From the NCBI GenBank assembly GCA_010015585.1, contig ML975152.1: 64,000 bases of DNA. The stretch is one strand, 5' to 3'. Both the position numbers and the translations under genes were made by a program. The notes beneath the pieces are model-generated. The model worked only from the letters and a program-made list of their open reading frames with translations, ran no database searches and was not told the DNA's origin. How positions within the stretch are numbered: the stretch's first letter is position 1; each line of letters opens with the position of its first letter. Positions 22,840 to 35,167 of the stretch are shown here, one piece after another. The DNA is from Eremomyces bilateralis CBS 781.70 (Eukaryota).

Positions 22840-25800
22840 ATGGAAAGCATCCATGGCTTGGACATAAGCTGGCTCCACCGCACTGCTTCCAACAAAGGTA
22901 CGTCGGTCATTTGGGATTTCCACCATCTTACGAGAGATACCTGCATTATTACTCGTTGATCTCCATTGGAATATCGGTAAAGTTCAGACGCTGACCCAGC
23001 AAAGATCACCCCAGACCGTCCTCCCCTCCCGCCTCGCCTGATCGGCTTTCAAGGTCCCAAAGTGCCAATGGCCGTTACTCCGCCAGTCATATATCGCAAT
23101 CACCGTCGCATATCGTTAAGTCGACCGAGAAACCGAGCGCGACAGTGATGACAAGCCAGAAACCTCATTCCGGATCGGATGAGAATATCTCCATCGCACC
23201 TTCCTCGGCGCAAACCCCGCCACAACAGCCACACGTTCAGCCACCATCCAAGAATCCCCTTCGGCGTCCAGCTCTCCTCTCGCGTGCTTCGCCCGATAAA
23301 CAACGTGAAGCCACCGTTTCCGGCGTCGATATGTCGGGCCCGCCTTCGAAAACCACTCCGCGACGAAATAGCTTCTTCAGCAACATCTCCGCAAAGTTCA
23401 CCTCCCCGAGCTCACAATCCCATATCTCCTCTCCCACACCGACCGGCAGCGGCACCGTTCTAAGTAATGCGAACGTCACCGCGACAGACGGAGCGAATAG
23501 CCATCAGAATGCGAGCGGTGAAAAGAGCCATGGTGGCGCCGCTGCCGAGTCATTACATCCGTACGTGCCACAGGCGCCCAGAACCGGGACTGGATCCTTC
23601 TTCTCAAGCGCACTTCGACGCCTATCAAGTAGTCAAGGGAACGTATCGAACAAACCCTCACCCTGCTCGGGAAGTGTATGTCCACGAAGAGTACTGAATG
23701 TCGATCCGAACCGACCGCGATGCCAGGTTCCCGAGCTGGAAACCAAGAAGCTACGGCGAGTCGCATTTTGCGTCGATGTGGAAATTGCTGGCTCACCGAG
23801 ATATAAAGACGAATCGAACGGCGCGTCTACGCCAAGTGCGAAGAAAAGGAAGGATCGGATGCTGAAGGATCGTGGGGAAGGAGAGGCGTTGAAACATCCA
23901 TCAGCTGTAGAAGAGCAGAAGGAGACGGAGGGTACGGTCAAAGCAACAGGAGAGAAAGTTGGAACAGAGGCCGAGCCAAATCCAGAAGGGTCCGTTCCAG
24001 GCAAGGAAGGCGATGCGAGTGGGCTGCCGGAGAAGACCGATAAGAAAAAAGAAAAGAAGAAGAAGTCGGAAGAGGAGCGGAAGGATCGAAAGGAGAAGCG
24101 AAGGAAGAAGGCGGAGGAGTGTGGTGCCGTTCCGGTTGAGATCCGCCGTGGGGGCTCAGAGGACACCTTATCCAGCGCATCGCCCCCAAAAGAGACGGTC
24201 ATCGAAGCCATCGCACCAAAACATCGCGATAGACCGACAACAGATCCTCTACGGATATATCGACGATGCTGCCAGCTGCGAGAGACTCCTATCTTGAAGC
24301 GAATCACCGAGCAGCTCGCCTACGCAGCGAAGTGTTCCGTTGATCAACCAGGGATGATCTCGGTATTGGATCTGACGGGCTCCCGACTTCAACTGGCAGA
24401 CGTGGTGACACTCGGTGACTGGCTGGCCGTCGTTCCCGTCCGTCGATTGCTTCTCGAAGACGCTGACCTGACGGACGAAGGCGTGCGGGTCATCCTGGCA
24501 GGATTGCTGGCTGCCAAGTCTCCGGAATTGTCATGGCAGCAACCTCACCACAACCAACATTTTGAGGAGCGGTCCGGACATGTCGAGAAGCTAACGTTGA
24601 AGAATAACCCCCGTGTATCGAAAGCGGGCTGGAAACATATCGCACTATTTCTCTACATGTGCAAGAGCTTAAAGGCGCTAGATGTTTCTTTGATCCGGTT
24701 TCCGACAAGCCCACACACCCATAACGACAGCCACGCCCGTTCAACATCAAGCAGTGAAAGTTGGCCATCTTCGAAGCCGCCAATAGCTCCAAGTGACATT
24801 TTCGCCAAGGCAATCGCAGAACGACTTGGTGGAGACACATTTGAAGAGCTCATCATGGCGGAGTGCGGGCTCGATACGCAAACGATTCGGAAAATCACCA
24901 ATGCCGTTACCGTCTCGGGCCTGAAGCGACTTGGACTTGCTGGCAACAACGTGAACGACGAGGCCTTGAAACATATCTTTGAGTATATGAAATCCGGCGT
25001 CTGCCAGGGTTTGGATCTGGGAGGAAACGATTTCCGAGATCGATGCGGTGTTCTCGCCGCTGCAATGAAAGGCATGGACGAGTCCCCTTTCTGGGCACTT
25101 TCGCTTGCCGATTGCAACCTGAACCCTGACTCGCTCAACGCCTTGCTCCCCGCGCTGGTGACGCTACCGTACTTCAAGTTCCTCGACCTGAGCCATAACC
25201 AGGATTTATTCGGGACCGATCCCAGCGCGCTTGCACCCCTCCGCAAGTACCTCCCTCAATTCAAGTTCCTCAAACGGATACATCTCGCCGATGTCTCGCT
25301 ATCCTCTGCACAAGCTATTCGATTGGCAGAGGTTCTCCCCGAGGCTCCTCATCTGGCACATTTGAACATCCTGGAGAACCCAGGTCTCTCCGCCTTGGCG
25401 AACGCAACAACCGAAGACGATCAGGAGGAAGCTTGCGCTCTCTACGCCAGCCTTATGGCCGCGGTTCGCGTGTCGGAGAGCATCATTTGTATCGACATCG
25501 ACGTTCCAAGCCCGGAGAATTCCGCCATCGTTCAGGCCCTGGGGAAACAAGTCATCGCGTATTGTCTTCGAAATATGGATCGCTGGACGGCTAGCGAGGG
25601 CACCACCGACCCCGATTGGACGGACGGAGAGCCATGCGTGGCGGGTCCGCACCGCGAAATCGACATCCCGGACGTGCTCCTCCACCTGGTCGGGCACTCG
25701 GACGGCAGCATGCAGAATATGGACGACGAACCCCCAGCGCCCGGCGGGGATTACGTGCTGGGAGGTACGGGTGTCGTCAAGGCGTTGAGTTATGTGCTAT

Positions 25801-26852
25801 CTGAGCAAGCGAGCGAAGGGAGACCGAGTCTACCGCATAGCGGCGCGGCGACTCCCCGGGCGTCGTCGTTCGCGATTGTCGATGACGAGAAACAGAAGTC
25901 CAAGGCGAAGAACATGAGTAAAAACCTTTTGACGACTGCGAGAAGTATCCAGGCGCGATTGCGGCCGGCTTTGTTGAAGGAGGCTACCACGGGGGATGAA
26001 ATGGCTTACAGTGAGTGTTGCTTATTTCTTGTATCTCCGAAGTGTGGCTGGCTAATTTGCATAGAACGTCTTCTGTTCCTCGACAATACTTTACAACGTA
26101 TGATCCGCCGTTTTGAGGACGAGTATCCCGAATGTCGCCTGAAAGAGCCAGTTGAGGTGCCTCCCCGCACCTCATCCTTGGTCCCGCCGAACCCTGCACC
26201 ATCCGATCTCGTTAAAACACCTGCCGCTCCAGAGCCCACTCCAGTTACCGAGAGCGGTCCCGTCGACGACGCCAACTCGGACGACGAAGACCCCCCGGGC
26301 CGCCCCACGCTCCGCTCGCGCCACAACAGCGACGTATCACTCGCGTCCCGCGCGCTTAGCATCGAAGAAGGCCAAATGCACCGCCTCGGGCAACACATCC
26401 GCCGCGATATCCTCGGCGACGCCGTCCCCCCACCCACCTCCCCCACCGCTAGCACCGCCAGCGGCGCTACCACTACGACCAGCACCTCCGCCTCCACAGC
26501 CGACGCCCCCGCCCCCGGCGTCGACGCGGCCGCCCACTCCGCGCATCAGCGCGCGACCGTCGACGCCGCGGAGGTGGCGGCCAGCGACGGCGCGCACGCA
26601 CACAAGCACGAAGACGCGTTCCTCGTCGCGCTGCGGGCGAAGCTGCAGGCGATGCCGTCGTCGAAGCTGCGGGACTGTGTGCTGGAGCGGGGTTGGGAGG
26701 GGACGTTGGCGGCGATAGGGGAGAATGTGGAGGAGCTAAGGCGGCTGAGGGAGTTGGCGCGGACGACGGAAGAAGGGGGAGAGGAGTGGGGGCGATTCGT
26801 GCAAGTGCAGAAGGCGACGAAGTTTAATCGCGAGTTGCCAGGGGAGAAGTGA
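22840..26852 (+). CDS. RNI-like leucine-rich repeat protein, MHP1-like, 3 exons
   Basis: MESIHGLDISWL start, LRRVAFCVDVEIA, IYRRCCQLRE, LRR units (LDLGGN, LSLADCNL, LDLSHN). Introns 22898-23004 and 26011-26064. Confidence 0.85.
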
Positions 26853-27467
26853 GCTGCGCTTCCTATGCGCTTTTGACGATTTATCTTTTTTATTTCTAGC
26901 GGAGCGAAGGTTCATGTCGGATGAGTTATGTTTCCTAATGATGCGGTCAGGGGGAATCCCCCCACTGCTTTTTCACCGGTTTTTCTGAACGCCCCCTGAC
27001 TTTAGCGAGGCGTGCCCATCTGTCGTTTCCAAAGGCCTCAGGAAGGCCGTATTGTATCGATGATCGATGGATCTAGATGCCTGTATATATTATCATCACA
27101 CGCTACATACGCCAAATTAGCTATCGAATCTCTTCCCCGGGGGCTCCTGGGCAGATTTCGTTGAACATGATTCACTTTCCACTAGCAATGCAGTGGTCGG
27201 AAGCAGCGATTCCCGTCGCCGGTATGCGATTTAGGCCCGCGGAAGCGAACGGCTAGCACGAAGTTTCCCAAACTGCGCAAATACATGTGAAATTTTGCCA
27301 TTTCCCCATAGATCCGGGGTCGCATAATTACAAAGGTGTCCACCCTCCGGGGGAGCCCGTCCTATCCATACGCCGATCCATTTCCTAGCGCCGTCCAATG
27401 TAGATAGATACACGAAGCGCCGGCCCCCATGCGATGAAAGGCATATCCGAAAATCCAGCCCGTGAAT

Positions 27468-28641
27468 CTATTCGTTGTAATGGTAAACCTGACAGATGGG
27501 GTTAGTTCTGGATGGAGCAGATTTTGCCGATTAAATGATGACTCACAAGGTAATTTGGCAACCCAAAGCTTGTCCAGCCCAATCGTGACGCCATCTTCGC
27601 GAATCCTTCCGTCTCGATCAGGTGGTAGAATGCGAAAGCAGGGAACATGGCCCCGTCGCGATGCACGTCCGCCTTGACGAGCAGCGCCGTGCCGCCCACG
27701 CCATCCAGCTGCACTTCCTTCGTCGGGTCCCCGTTCTCCTCGAACATGTACGCCATCAGGCTTCGATACGTGGCCATTTCCGGATATCCCTCCAGCAAGA
27801 TATCATCGTCGCCCATCTTCTCGGCGAGGGATTGCGCGATGGTGCTGTCCACCCAGGAGTTGTAGTCATACGGCCGCACATCCATGGCTTTCTTGTCGTT
27901 GTTGTAGTACCGCTGGTAGCAATTGGGGACGATGACGGGTTTGTTGTGCGACGCGAGATCTTGGATGAGAGTCGGTGGCGATTCGACGACGTCCGAGTCG
28001 AGCCAGAGGACCCAGCTCGTCGTCGGCCCGATGGTGGTGAAGAGGAGGGAATTCCGCGCTTTCGACATGGCCGCTCTTCGTGCCTTTTGGTTTTGCATCT
28101 TATGTCGCTCCGCCTCGCTTTGCGACTGCAGCGGGATTTCCGTGTCTTGCCGTAAGATGGTGATGCTCGCGAATCGCTTCTTCTGCGGACCGGACTGGGT
28201 CTTCTTGATCCGCTCTTGGAGCTGGCTGGTGGCCGTGTTCCCTTCCCAGTTCTTTGGGATGATAAATCCCAGCGATATCAACTCGTGAGGGTAAGACAGC
28301 TGCAACAAATTATCCCAATACCCCTGGTAGAACCGTGCGAGCGGGGTCAAGATCAGAATGGTCTCCCGGTTTCCGATGGGGTCGGAGGTGGTGGTGACAT
28401 TGTTCATGCGGTAGCGGACGACCGGTGGTGGTCTCTCCGATTCATCGCCCCCGGACTTCTTGAACGGTAATGAGGCAGGGGATAATATATTTGCGGCGAT
28501 GTCGGGTCCTTTGGTCCGCTTTTTAGAGGGAGATGGGTCGGATGGGGTGGAAAAGATGAAGAACAGGAACCCGATGGTGAGGATGGTCGCGAGACCGAGG
28601 GTGATCGGATTCGTTCTCCGGAGAGATCTTGAAGTCGCCAT
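27468..28641 (-). CDS. MNN9: Mannan polymerase complex subunit MNN9 (Anp1 family), 2 exons
   Basis: Type II TM segment, ILILTPLARF, VLWLDSD, LDGVGGT, HLIETEGFAKMA. Intron 27489-27546 gives the C-terminus GLPNYLVYHYNE. Confidence 0.95.
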
Positions 28642-29250
28642 GGCGGTATGGGGCTGTTGAGACTTTAGGGAATTCGGTGAGCCTAGAATCGATCCGTCAG
28701 TTGTCGGTCACATATATCATACGCGGGAAAGGAAATGAACCAGCCCCTAGAATACCCCGTACTAAGCATGCAGGATGACTACTTCCACTCCGCGCAAGTC
28801 ATTGAATCCAAAATAGGGAGTCTCATGGAAGAACAGGGGTCACTTACGAAGGTTCGCGGTCACATGGGAGTATAGGGAGCGAGAAGGTCGGACAGGGCTT
28901 CGCACTCAAGATTGAGCGCTCAAGCAAAGCCGCACAGGGCTGGAGAGTTGAGGTCAAGAAGAAATAATCGAATTGGGCGAGGAGTGATGATGAGTGATGG
29001 GATACATATGTGAGCCTGGGGATGTGAATGAAGTCTGTCCGGTTCAGCCCTATTTAATGTGGCTGAGGACGCCCCTGTCCATTTGATGTGGCGCATGCGA
29101 ATCGGGCATCTGATCTGGTCCTCATCATGGAGACTTTGAGAAGGACAATTAGAATGTCTTGAGCGATATAATCTGACGAAACCTATCGCTATCGAGTTCA
29201 TTAGAATCCTCTCAGCACCATGTGCTGATGCGTCTCTACTTAATGTGCCG

Positions 29251-31455
29251 ATGAACCTCAGTCGCTCTTTGAAAGGGCCGTATTGTTGTCCAAAGGCCAT
29301 TGCACATTATGCTTCCCCTTCCGCTTCCTCATACCGTTCTACCTTATACTTCAGGACAACCACTGTGTCTCGTTTCCAAGTCGCACAATTCTCGAGAAGA
29401 TGGGCACATTCTTCACATAAGCAGTCGTTTTTGGCTGCCACCGTAACAACGTCTTCCCCAGATGCCACCGTATGTCATACACTCTTCAAGTACGCCATCA
29501 ATTCGTCCATTTCTCTGACAACAATCCAGCCTATTGATGACCTTGTTGCCCGTTTGGATGCGAATATATGGGTAAAAAACGGCGCCGAACCACGCTGTTG
29601 GATCTTCTTGGTTTCAAGAGGGTTGGCACACCAATTGGGCGATGATGAAGGGTTTATACGTCGCTCCATATCGCATTTGACTGGCGGACAATCGGTGGAA
29701 CGACAATTCGCAGCAGCCCTCGCGGTAGTAGATCGAATTTCTCGACCAATCGCTCGTCCCAATGACGGCGAACATACGATCGGAGGTTCAACCACTCGAA
29801 TCAAGCACCCTCACACTCGGAACGATGGTGATGAAGGGATCTGCATTTTGCAGCTTGAGGAATCGTGTGTTGGTATAACCACCGCAACAGCTAACAGCTC
29901 AACCTCTTCACGGCCCATATATATCGAGTTCAATCCAACACCGATTGCAGCGTCGAACATCCCTCCGCGGCATGTTGACTCTACCGTACATGCTGTCGAG
30001 TTCCCGTCGGCCAATACACTATTCCAGCTCGGAAGAGAACGAACTATATTTATGTACGAATCAAGAGAAGATTGCGATGGCATTCGCTCGCTTGGGCGTA
30101 CACTAGTGGAGAAGATATCTATTCGGTTGCAGTGGCCAAGGAACGCGGCTGTCTCAGGGGCACGACCAGCAACTCTGAACGTTCCTATCTATCCTTTAAC
30201 ACAACCGGCCAAGGTTGTGGACTGCATGGGAAACATCGTCCGCCGCGTATCCGATATTCAAGCCTCTGCTTCAGACCCCCCTACAGAAAGGCCGGCATCT
30301 TCGGAACTTGAACAGTCTGTATCGGAGCTGTTCCAAGCGCAGGGAATACAGCCTCAAGCTATTCCAGTTTGGGCACTGGTGTTGCCTCCAGATGCAGTTG
30401 GGGAAAGGGAAGGCCCGGTTGCACTCCAAGATTACTGGGAATCGAATCCTCCAAAATCGGATCCCACAGTACCGCAACGAATTGCTCAAGGGGCTACCTT
30501 TCGAAGAGTTCTCAGTGGAGGCGGTGGATACGGTAAGAAGCAAGGCTTGATAGCCTTGGACTACCGATTCGATGACTCCCTTCGAGAGTTCGATCGCTTC
30601 GATATTTCCGGGGAACTGGGCTCCCATCCGAATCTAGCTGGTTTCGCCGAGCACGTCAAAAAGGGATCTCATATCCAATTTTTCACGAATTTTATCCCGG
30701 AAACCGCAGCAAGCATGCAAAAGCGGGATCCCAAGGTCGATGTCAGATCTGTTGAGTTCGGAACAATTCCGAATCTTGATAACGAGTTACCCCTAAATAC
30801 CGACTCGAGCAACGAGGCAGAGATAGCGTCCTTCTCAAACCACGTGGGGATCTTATCAGGCCAGGGCCTCGGTATTTCATTCTGCCATGGAGCCCTTACA
30901 GAAGAAAAGCATAACATCTCTGTTGACATACCGTATTCCCGGCTGGAAGTCTGTCATGATACGGTGAGCCCGCAAACCGACTTCGACTCAAGTGTCCTTG
31001 GACGCTCGGTCAAACAGTCTGTTGAAAAACTACCAACGGCCTTTAGGCGGGTGCACATTAAAGCTGTTGAAACTTCTCCCATGACCTCACAAGAGTCTCT
31101 ACAGCTTCCTTCGGCTCTCAATCTGTCGGTGAGATCAAATCCGAGCCGACCGATCCCAGGCCCGTCACAGCTCATCTCCCGTGCCATTCCAACGAAACTT
31201 GAGGGAAATTTTCATCGAGACGTTCAGAAGAAACATGATCCAGCGCCTGAGGAAGTATTCGGCGTCGTACGGAAAGCCTTCTCGCTCCGACCGCGTTCTA
31301 CCGGTAGGTTGGCACTGGAGAACCAACCCCGGGATTATTCCTTCCCGTCAGGGAGTTCTGCTAATGATGGACCATTGCCGCTGAGAATCGAAAAGCAAAC
31401 AGACATGGTCAATCATGTGCTTGGTATTATCGGATCGAGCTCGCGAAGCAGATAG
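29251..31455 (+). CDS. Conserved uncharacterised fungal protein, possibly mitochondrion-targeted
   Basis: Long ORF with an Arg/Ser-rich N-terminus. Motifs ANTLFQLG, MGNIVR, ASSELE, VWALV and RVLSGGGGYGKKQGLIALD are recalled from Pezizomycotina hypothetical proteins. Confidence 0.75.
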   Translation: MNLSRSLKGPYCCPKAIAHYASPSASSYRSTLYFRTTTVSRFQVAQFSRRWAHSSHKQSFLAATVTTSSPDATVCHTLFKYAINSSISLTTIQPIDDLVARLDANIWVKNGAEPRCWIFLVSRGLAHQLGDDEGFIRRSISHLTGGQSVERQFAAALAVVDRISRPIARPNDGEHTIGGSTTRIKHPHTRNDGDEGICILQLEESCVGITTATANSSTSSRPIYIEFNPTPIAASNIPPRHVDSTVHAVEFPSANTLFQLGRERTIFMYESREDCDGIRSLGRTLVEKISIRLQWPRNAAVSGARPATLNVPIYPLTQPAKVVDCMGNIVRRVSDIQASASDPPTERPASSELEQSVSELFQAQGIQPQAIPVWALVLPPDAVGEREGPVALQDYWESNPPKSDPTVPQRIAQGATFRRVLSGGGGYGKKQGLIALDYRFDDSLREFDRFDISGELGSHPNLAGFAEHVKKGSHIQFFTNFIPETAASMQKRDPKVDVRSVEFGTIPNLDNELPLNTDSSNEAEIASFSNHVGILSGQGLGISFCHGALTEEKHNISVDIPYSRLEVCHDTVSPQTDFDSSVLGRSVKQSVEKLPTAFRRVHIKAVETSPMTSQESLQLPSALNLSVRSNPSRPIPGPSQLISRAIPTKLEGNFHRDVQKKHDPAPEEVFGVVRKAFSLRPRSTGRLALENQPRDYSFPSGSSANDGPLPLRIEKQTDMVNHVLGIIGSSSRSR

Positions 31456-32050
31456 CCAACACCATGCCAAGGCTTGTGGCGGTGAAATGAGAAACAGACC
31501 CGCTACTCGCATCTTTTTCGAATGCCTCATCGCTGTGCACCAGCTGTGATACATCCGAATGGAAAGTATTATCAATAGAAAGAAGGCAAAATCAATATAC
31601 ACAAATCACAGCTCAAGTCAGTTTCAGTTTGCTCAAGAGCTTCAATTGGTCGAGATCGGTGGCGTTCCCAGAACTGGTTAAGCGCATCACCACAATTGTC
31701 CAAACAGCCACACGCTTTGCCTATTCAAGCCATTTCAAGCGAATTCGAGGACTGCCACCTGAAGGCTGAGATGTAGAATGGGATTCTCCAATACACAATG
31801 TTGGCATGGCCAGCCTGGCCGGAACTATTTCATAGATCTAGACCAGGTCGAAATATCGGGGCATTGCAGATCGCCTTTCGATTCGCTTACACATCGATCA
31901 TCTGAATGCTTGGAGCCCTCACTTCAGAGTTCAGCCCTATCACCCTGATATAAAGTATGGGGATTTCGCTACCCAGCGTATGTGAGGCCATGGCCGATTG
32001 TGAGCTCTACAGCTACACATCAGTTTCGTCTGCAGGAAGCAAATTGTTGG

Positions 32051-32239
32051 TCCTGAAGCATACCCCCAGGGCGTCGAGAGCTCTCAATCATTACCCCCTC
32101 CCCCTCCTATTACCCTTCTAAACACATAAAGTTCCCCTATTATATTCCCTTTAACGTAGGAAGCCGATACGGTCCTCCGTTTTGGTAGACTGGAGGTGCA
32201 CGTCGAAGGCGAAAGGCAATCGATTTCTTCCATCCGGAT
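32051..32239. repeat. Second copy of the dispersed repeat at 4363-4500, with extra internal sequence
   Basis: Same ordered sequence blocks as 4363-4500. Confidence 0.8.
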
Positions 32240-32258
32240 TCTTCGAGAGAGGATCAAT

Positions 32259-34455
32259 ATGTCTACATCAAAGCCCACATGGGTACATTCCATTGACTGC
32301 TCTGGTAGGAGACCCACGCCAGAATTAGTACCAACCTAACCATCCAGTAGCAGGTCCTTTGACTTCTCAAAAGCCACGCCAGTATAGACCTGCCATCCTA
32401 CGACTCCCAAGCCTCATCGTTGTTGGCTTCTTCGCCGCGGCTTCGGTCGGCCTTCTCGAGTATGCCGTTCGCGAACTTCCAACTGCTCGAAAGGGCTATA
32501 GCATGGAACTGAACCTGGATGTCGTTATACGTCGCCAGGCCAATGAAACTGATCCACCTACATCGACCATTGACTACACAACCGATCCTGGAGCATATGT
32601 TCCTCTCTCAACCACCAGGCAGACTGCTCCAGGTGCATATGTTCCTCTCTCAACCACCACGCAGACTGCTCCAGGTGCATACGTTCCCCTCTTAAGCAGT
32701 GTCACCTTCCCCGCCATGCCTTCAGGTGCATACGTGCCGACCGTCAGCACCACAGGATCGACCCTTTCAACCTTTCAAACTACGGTCTGGTCAACGACTA
32801 CAGATACTCTTGGAAGGACGAGTTCAGTCCTGGCCTCGAAAATAATTACGACAGCCATTCCGTTGACTACTACGCTAGTTGCAGAGAATCCGCATGGCCA
32901 GGCTACATGGCCAGCGTGGCGGATATTCGTTGGGAACTACCTCCCCGTGTTCATTGCTACCATTTTTGAAATCGTTTGGACGGCTATATTTGCAAAAGTC
33001 AAGCTGATCACACCCTTTATCGCTTTGGCAGCCGGACGAGGGGCAGTCCTGAAGGATACCCTGATACCGTACTTCGTATCAACCAACTTAATGCCTCTCT
33101 CGATCCTTTCTTTGTTCAAGGGAAACTGGATCATGCTATCGACCTCAATTGCCTACACGGTGGTGTCACTCCTTCCAGCTCTCGCATCAGAGAGTATATT
33201 TTTGAATACTCATTATGACTGTCCCATCCCTAACCTCGAACACGGAGGTGTGAATCCATGCTGGCCTCCACGCTTATCTGCTGAGCCCGTGATCATCAGG
33301 ATCATCCAATCTCTTCTTACCTTTATTGCTGTGATGACGCTGTTAATCGCATTGTTGGTGAAAAGAGCCAAGACGGGTCTATACAACGACTCTTCAACTA
33401 TAGCCTCCATTGCTAGTCTGGCACATCACCCTTCCCTACTCACTGATTTCCGCGGTTTGGATCCTGAGGCAACGGATCGGGAGTTGGATAAGCAACTTGG
33501 TCGTCGAAGATATGCACTTCGTGACTACCAGACGCAAGAGGGAACGTGGAGATACGGGATCGTGCCGATAGATGAAAGCGGTCGACCCACCCTGATTCCT
33601 CAGTCAGCATACGGGCAACCACTGTACGGTCAACATGGTCAACAATCATATTACTACCAGAATACTCCCCAGTATACCCCAGTGCCAATATATCCGTCGA
33701 TGGATACCCCGGCCTTCACGCCGGTAAAGCGGAAATCGAGAGTATTTCAAAACTTCATGGACGCCGCCTTCATACTGTTTCTACTCGGATGCTTGGGTTT
33801 GATTGTGGCATATTTCAAGGAGGGGTCGGACTCGGACTTCAATCGCTTTTTCAATAGTAATCGCTTTGGCCCTCGGTTCGTGATGACGGTCGTGGGCACC
33901 CTGATTGCAGGCCATTGGAAAAGACTGCACAGACGTGTCCAGTCGGTATCAGCATTTCGAGAACTCTGCAGTACTCCCCCGCCCGCTGCGAAACAGTCCA
34001 TTCTGATACGATCACACGCTATACATGTCACATCTATATTTCCCCAACTCTTCTCACATCACTTCTTCCCGGCTTTCATCTCATTCGTCAGTCTGCTTGC
34101 TGATATGCTCGTTATCCTCCTCTCTAGTATTCCCTTCGCGCCTGGCCAGGTGTTCCAGGAATTACTTGCATGCACCTATTCAAGCATTGGTATCCTGTCA
34201 GTGATGGTCTTAGCTGTTTTAGGGATGTTTTTGTGGTACAGGCAAGTGCCATATTTGCCGCGGAATCCCAGCAATGTCGCCGGCATCATGAGCTACTTGA
34301 CGAATGATAGCCTGAGTAATGAGATGGAAGGTTTAGAAGTGCGAAGTACACAGGATAGGGATCAATTGGTCGCTAGCTGGAGTAAGAGTTATTACTATGG
34401 GAAATCAAGATGTAGTGATGGTATCGAGAGGTGGACCGTGACTGGGGTCAACTGA
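32259..34455 (+). CDS. DUF3433 multi-pass membrane protein
   Basis: Two repeats of the DUF3433 layout (FVGNYLPVFIA..W..VKLITPFIALA; FGPRF..W..V..FREL). Probable short first exon 32259-32304; intron GTAGGA..CTAAC..CAG. Confidence 0.8.
32587..32692 (+). repeat. 42-bp coding tandem repeat (PGAYVPLSTTxQTA), about 2.5 copies
   Basis: Units start at 32587, 32629 and 32671; a fourth GAYVP follows. Confidence 0.9.
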
Positions 34456-34672
34456 TATTCTGGTGTACAAATACTACTGGTAATGACTGGTCATTGATTC
34501 TTTCGCTACGTTCATCGAAAAGCTGATTGCATTTATCGAAAGATATTGAACGGAAGACATCAATCCCCCAAACGCCCTCGCATTGAACGCATGCCGACTG
34601 CCATGGCGGCTCCCTACTCAAGAGAGTGGTGGAGACATAGCCATCCTCGTTTCGTCAAACATTGCCCCCAAT

Positions 34673-35167
34673 TCAGCTGTCTCCAGCTGCCTTTAGCGCC
34701 GCGATATCAAACTTCTTCATCTGAAGCATAGCCGCCGTCGTTTTCTTCGCCTTCTCCGGATCCGATGACACCATCAATTCCACCAATGCTGCCGGAACAA
34801 CCTGCCAAGAGACCCCAAATCGGTCTGAAAGCCATCCACACCTCTGCTTAGACTCATCGCCGCCTTCCCCAAGTTTATCCCAGTAGTAGTCAATCTCCGC
34901 CTGATCTTTGCATTGGATGGTGAAGGAGACCGCCTCGTTGAACTTGAAATGAGGCCCGCCATTGAGTCCCACGAACGGCTGGCCGTTGAGCTCGAAAGCC
35001 ACTGTCAACACACTGCCAGTATCCTGATCAGTGACGGCCTTGTGCGAATCGTTGAATTTTTGGACGGAGGTAATCTTGGAATTCGGAAATATAGAAACGT
35101 AGTAGTCGGCGGCCTCTTTGGCTTGACCATCATACCACAGGCATGGAGTAATCGGTTTCAACAACAT
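34673..35167 (-). CDS. PhnB-like VOC/glyoxalase-superfamily protein (3-demethylubiquinone-9 3-methyltransferase family)
   Basis: ITPCLWYDGQAKEAADYY, LNGGPHFKFNEAVSF, QAEIDYYWDKL, CGWLSDRFGVSWQVVP, AMLQMKKFDI. Intronless. Confidence 0.93.
   Translation of the reverse strand: MLLKPITPCLWYDGQAKEAADYYVSIFPNSKITSVQKFNDSHKAVTDQDTGSVLTVAFELNGQPFVGLNGGPHFKFNEAVSFTIQCKDQAEIDYYWDKLGEGGDESKQRCGWLSDRFGVSWQVVPAALVELMVSSDPEKAKKTTAAMLQMKKFDIAALKAAGDS

Noticed and set aside
26947..27000. GTCAGGGGG/CCCCCTGAC inverted repeat in the MHP1-like 3' region
   Set aside because: A 9-bp low-complexity stem with no other support for function.
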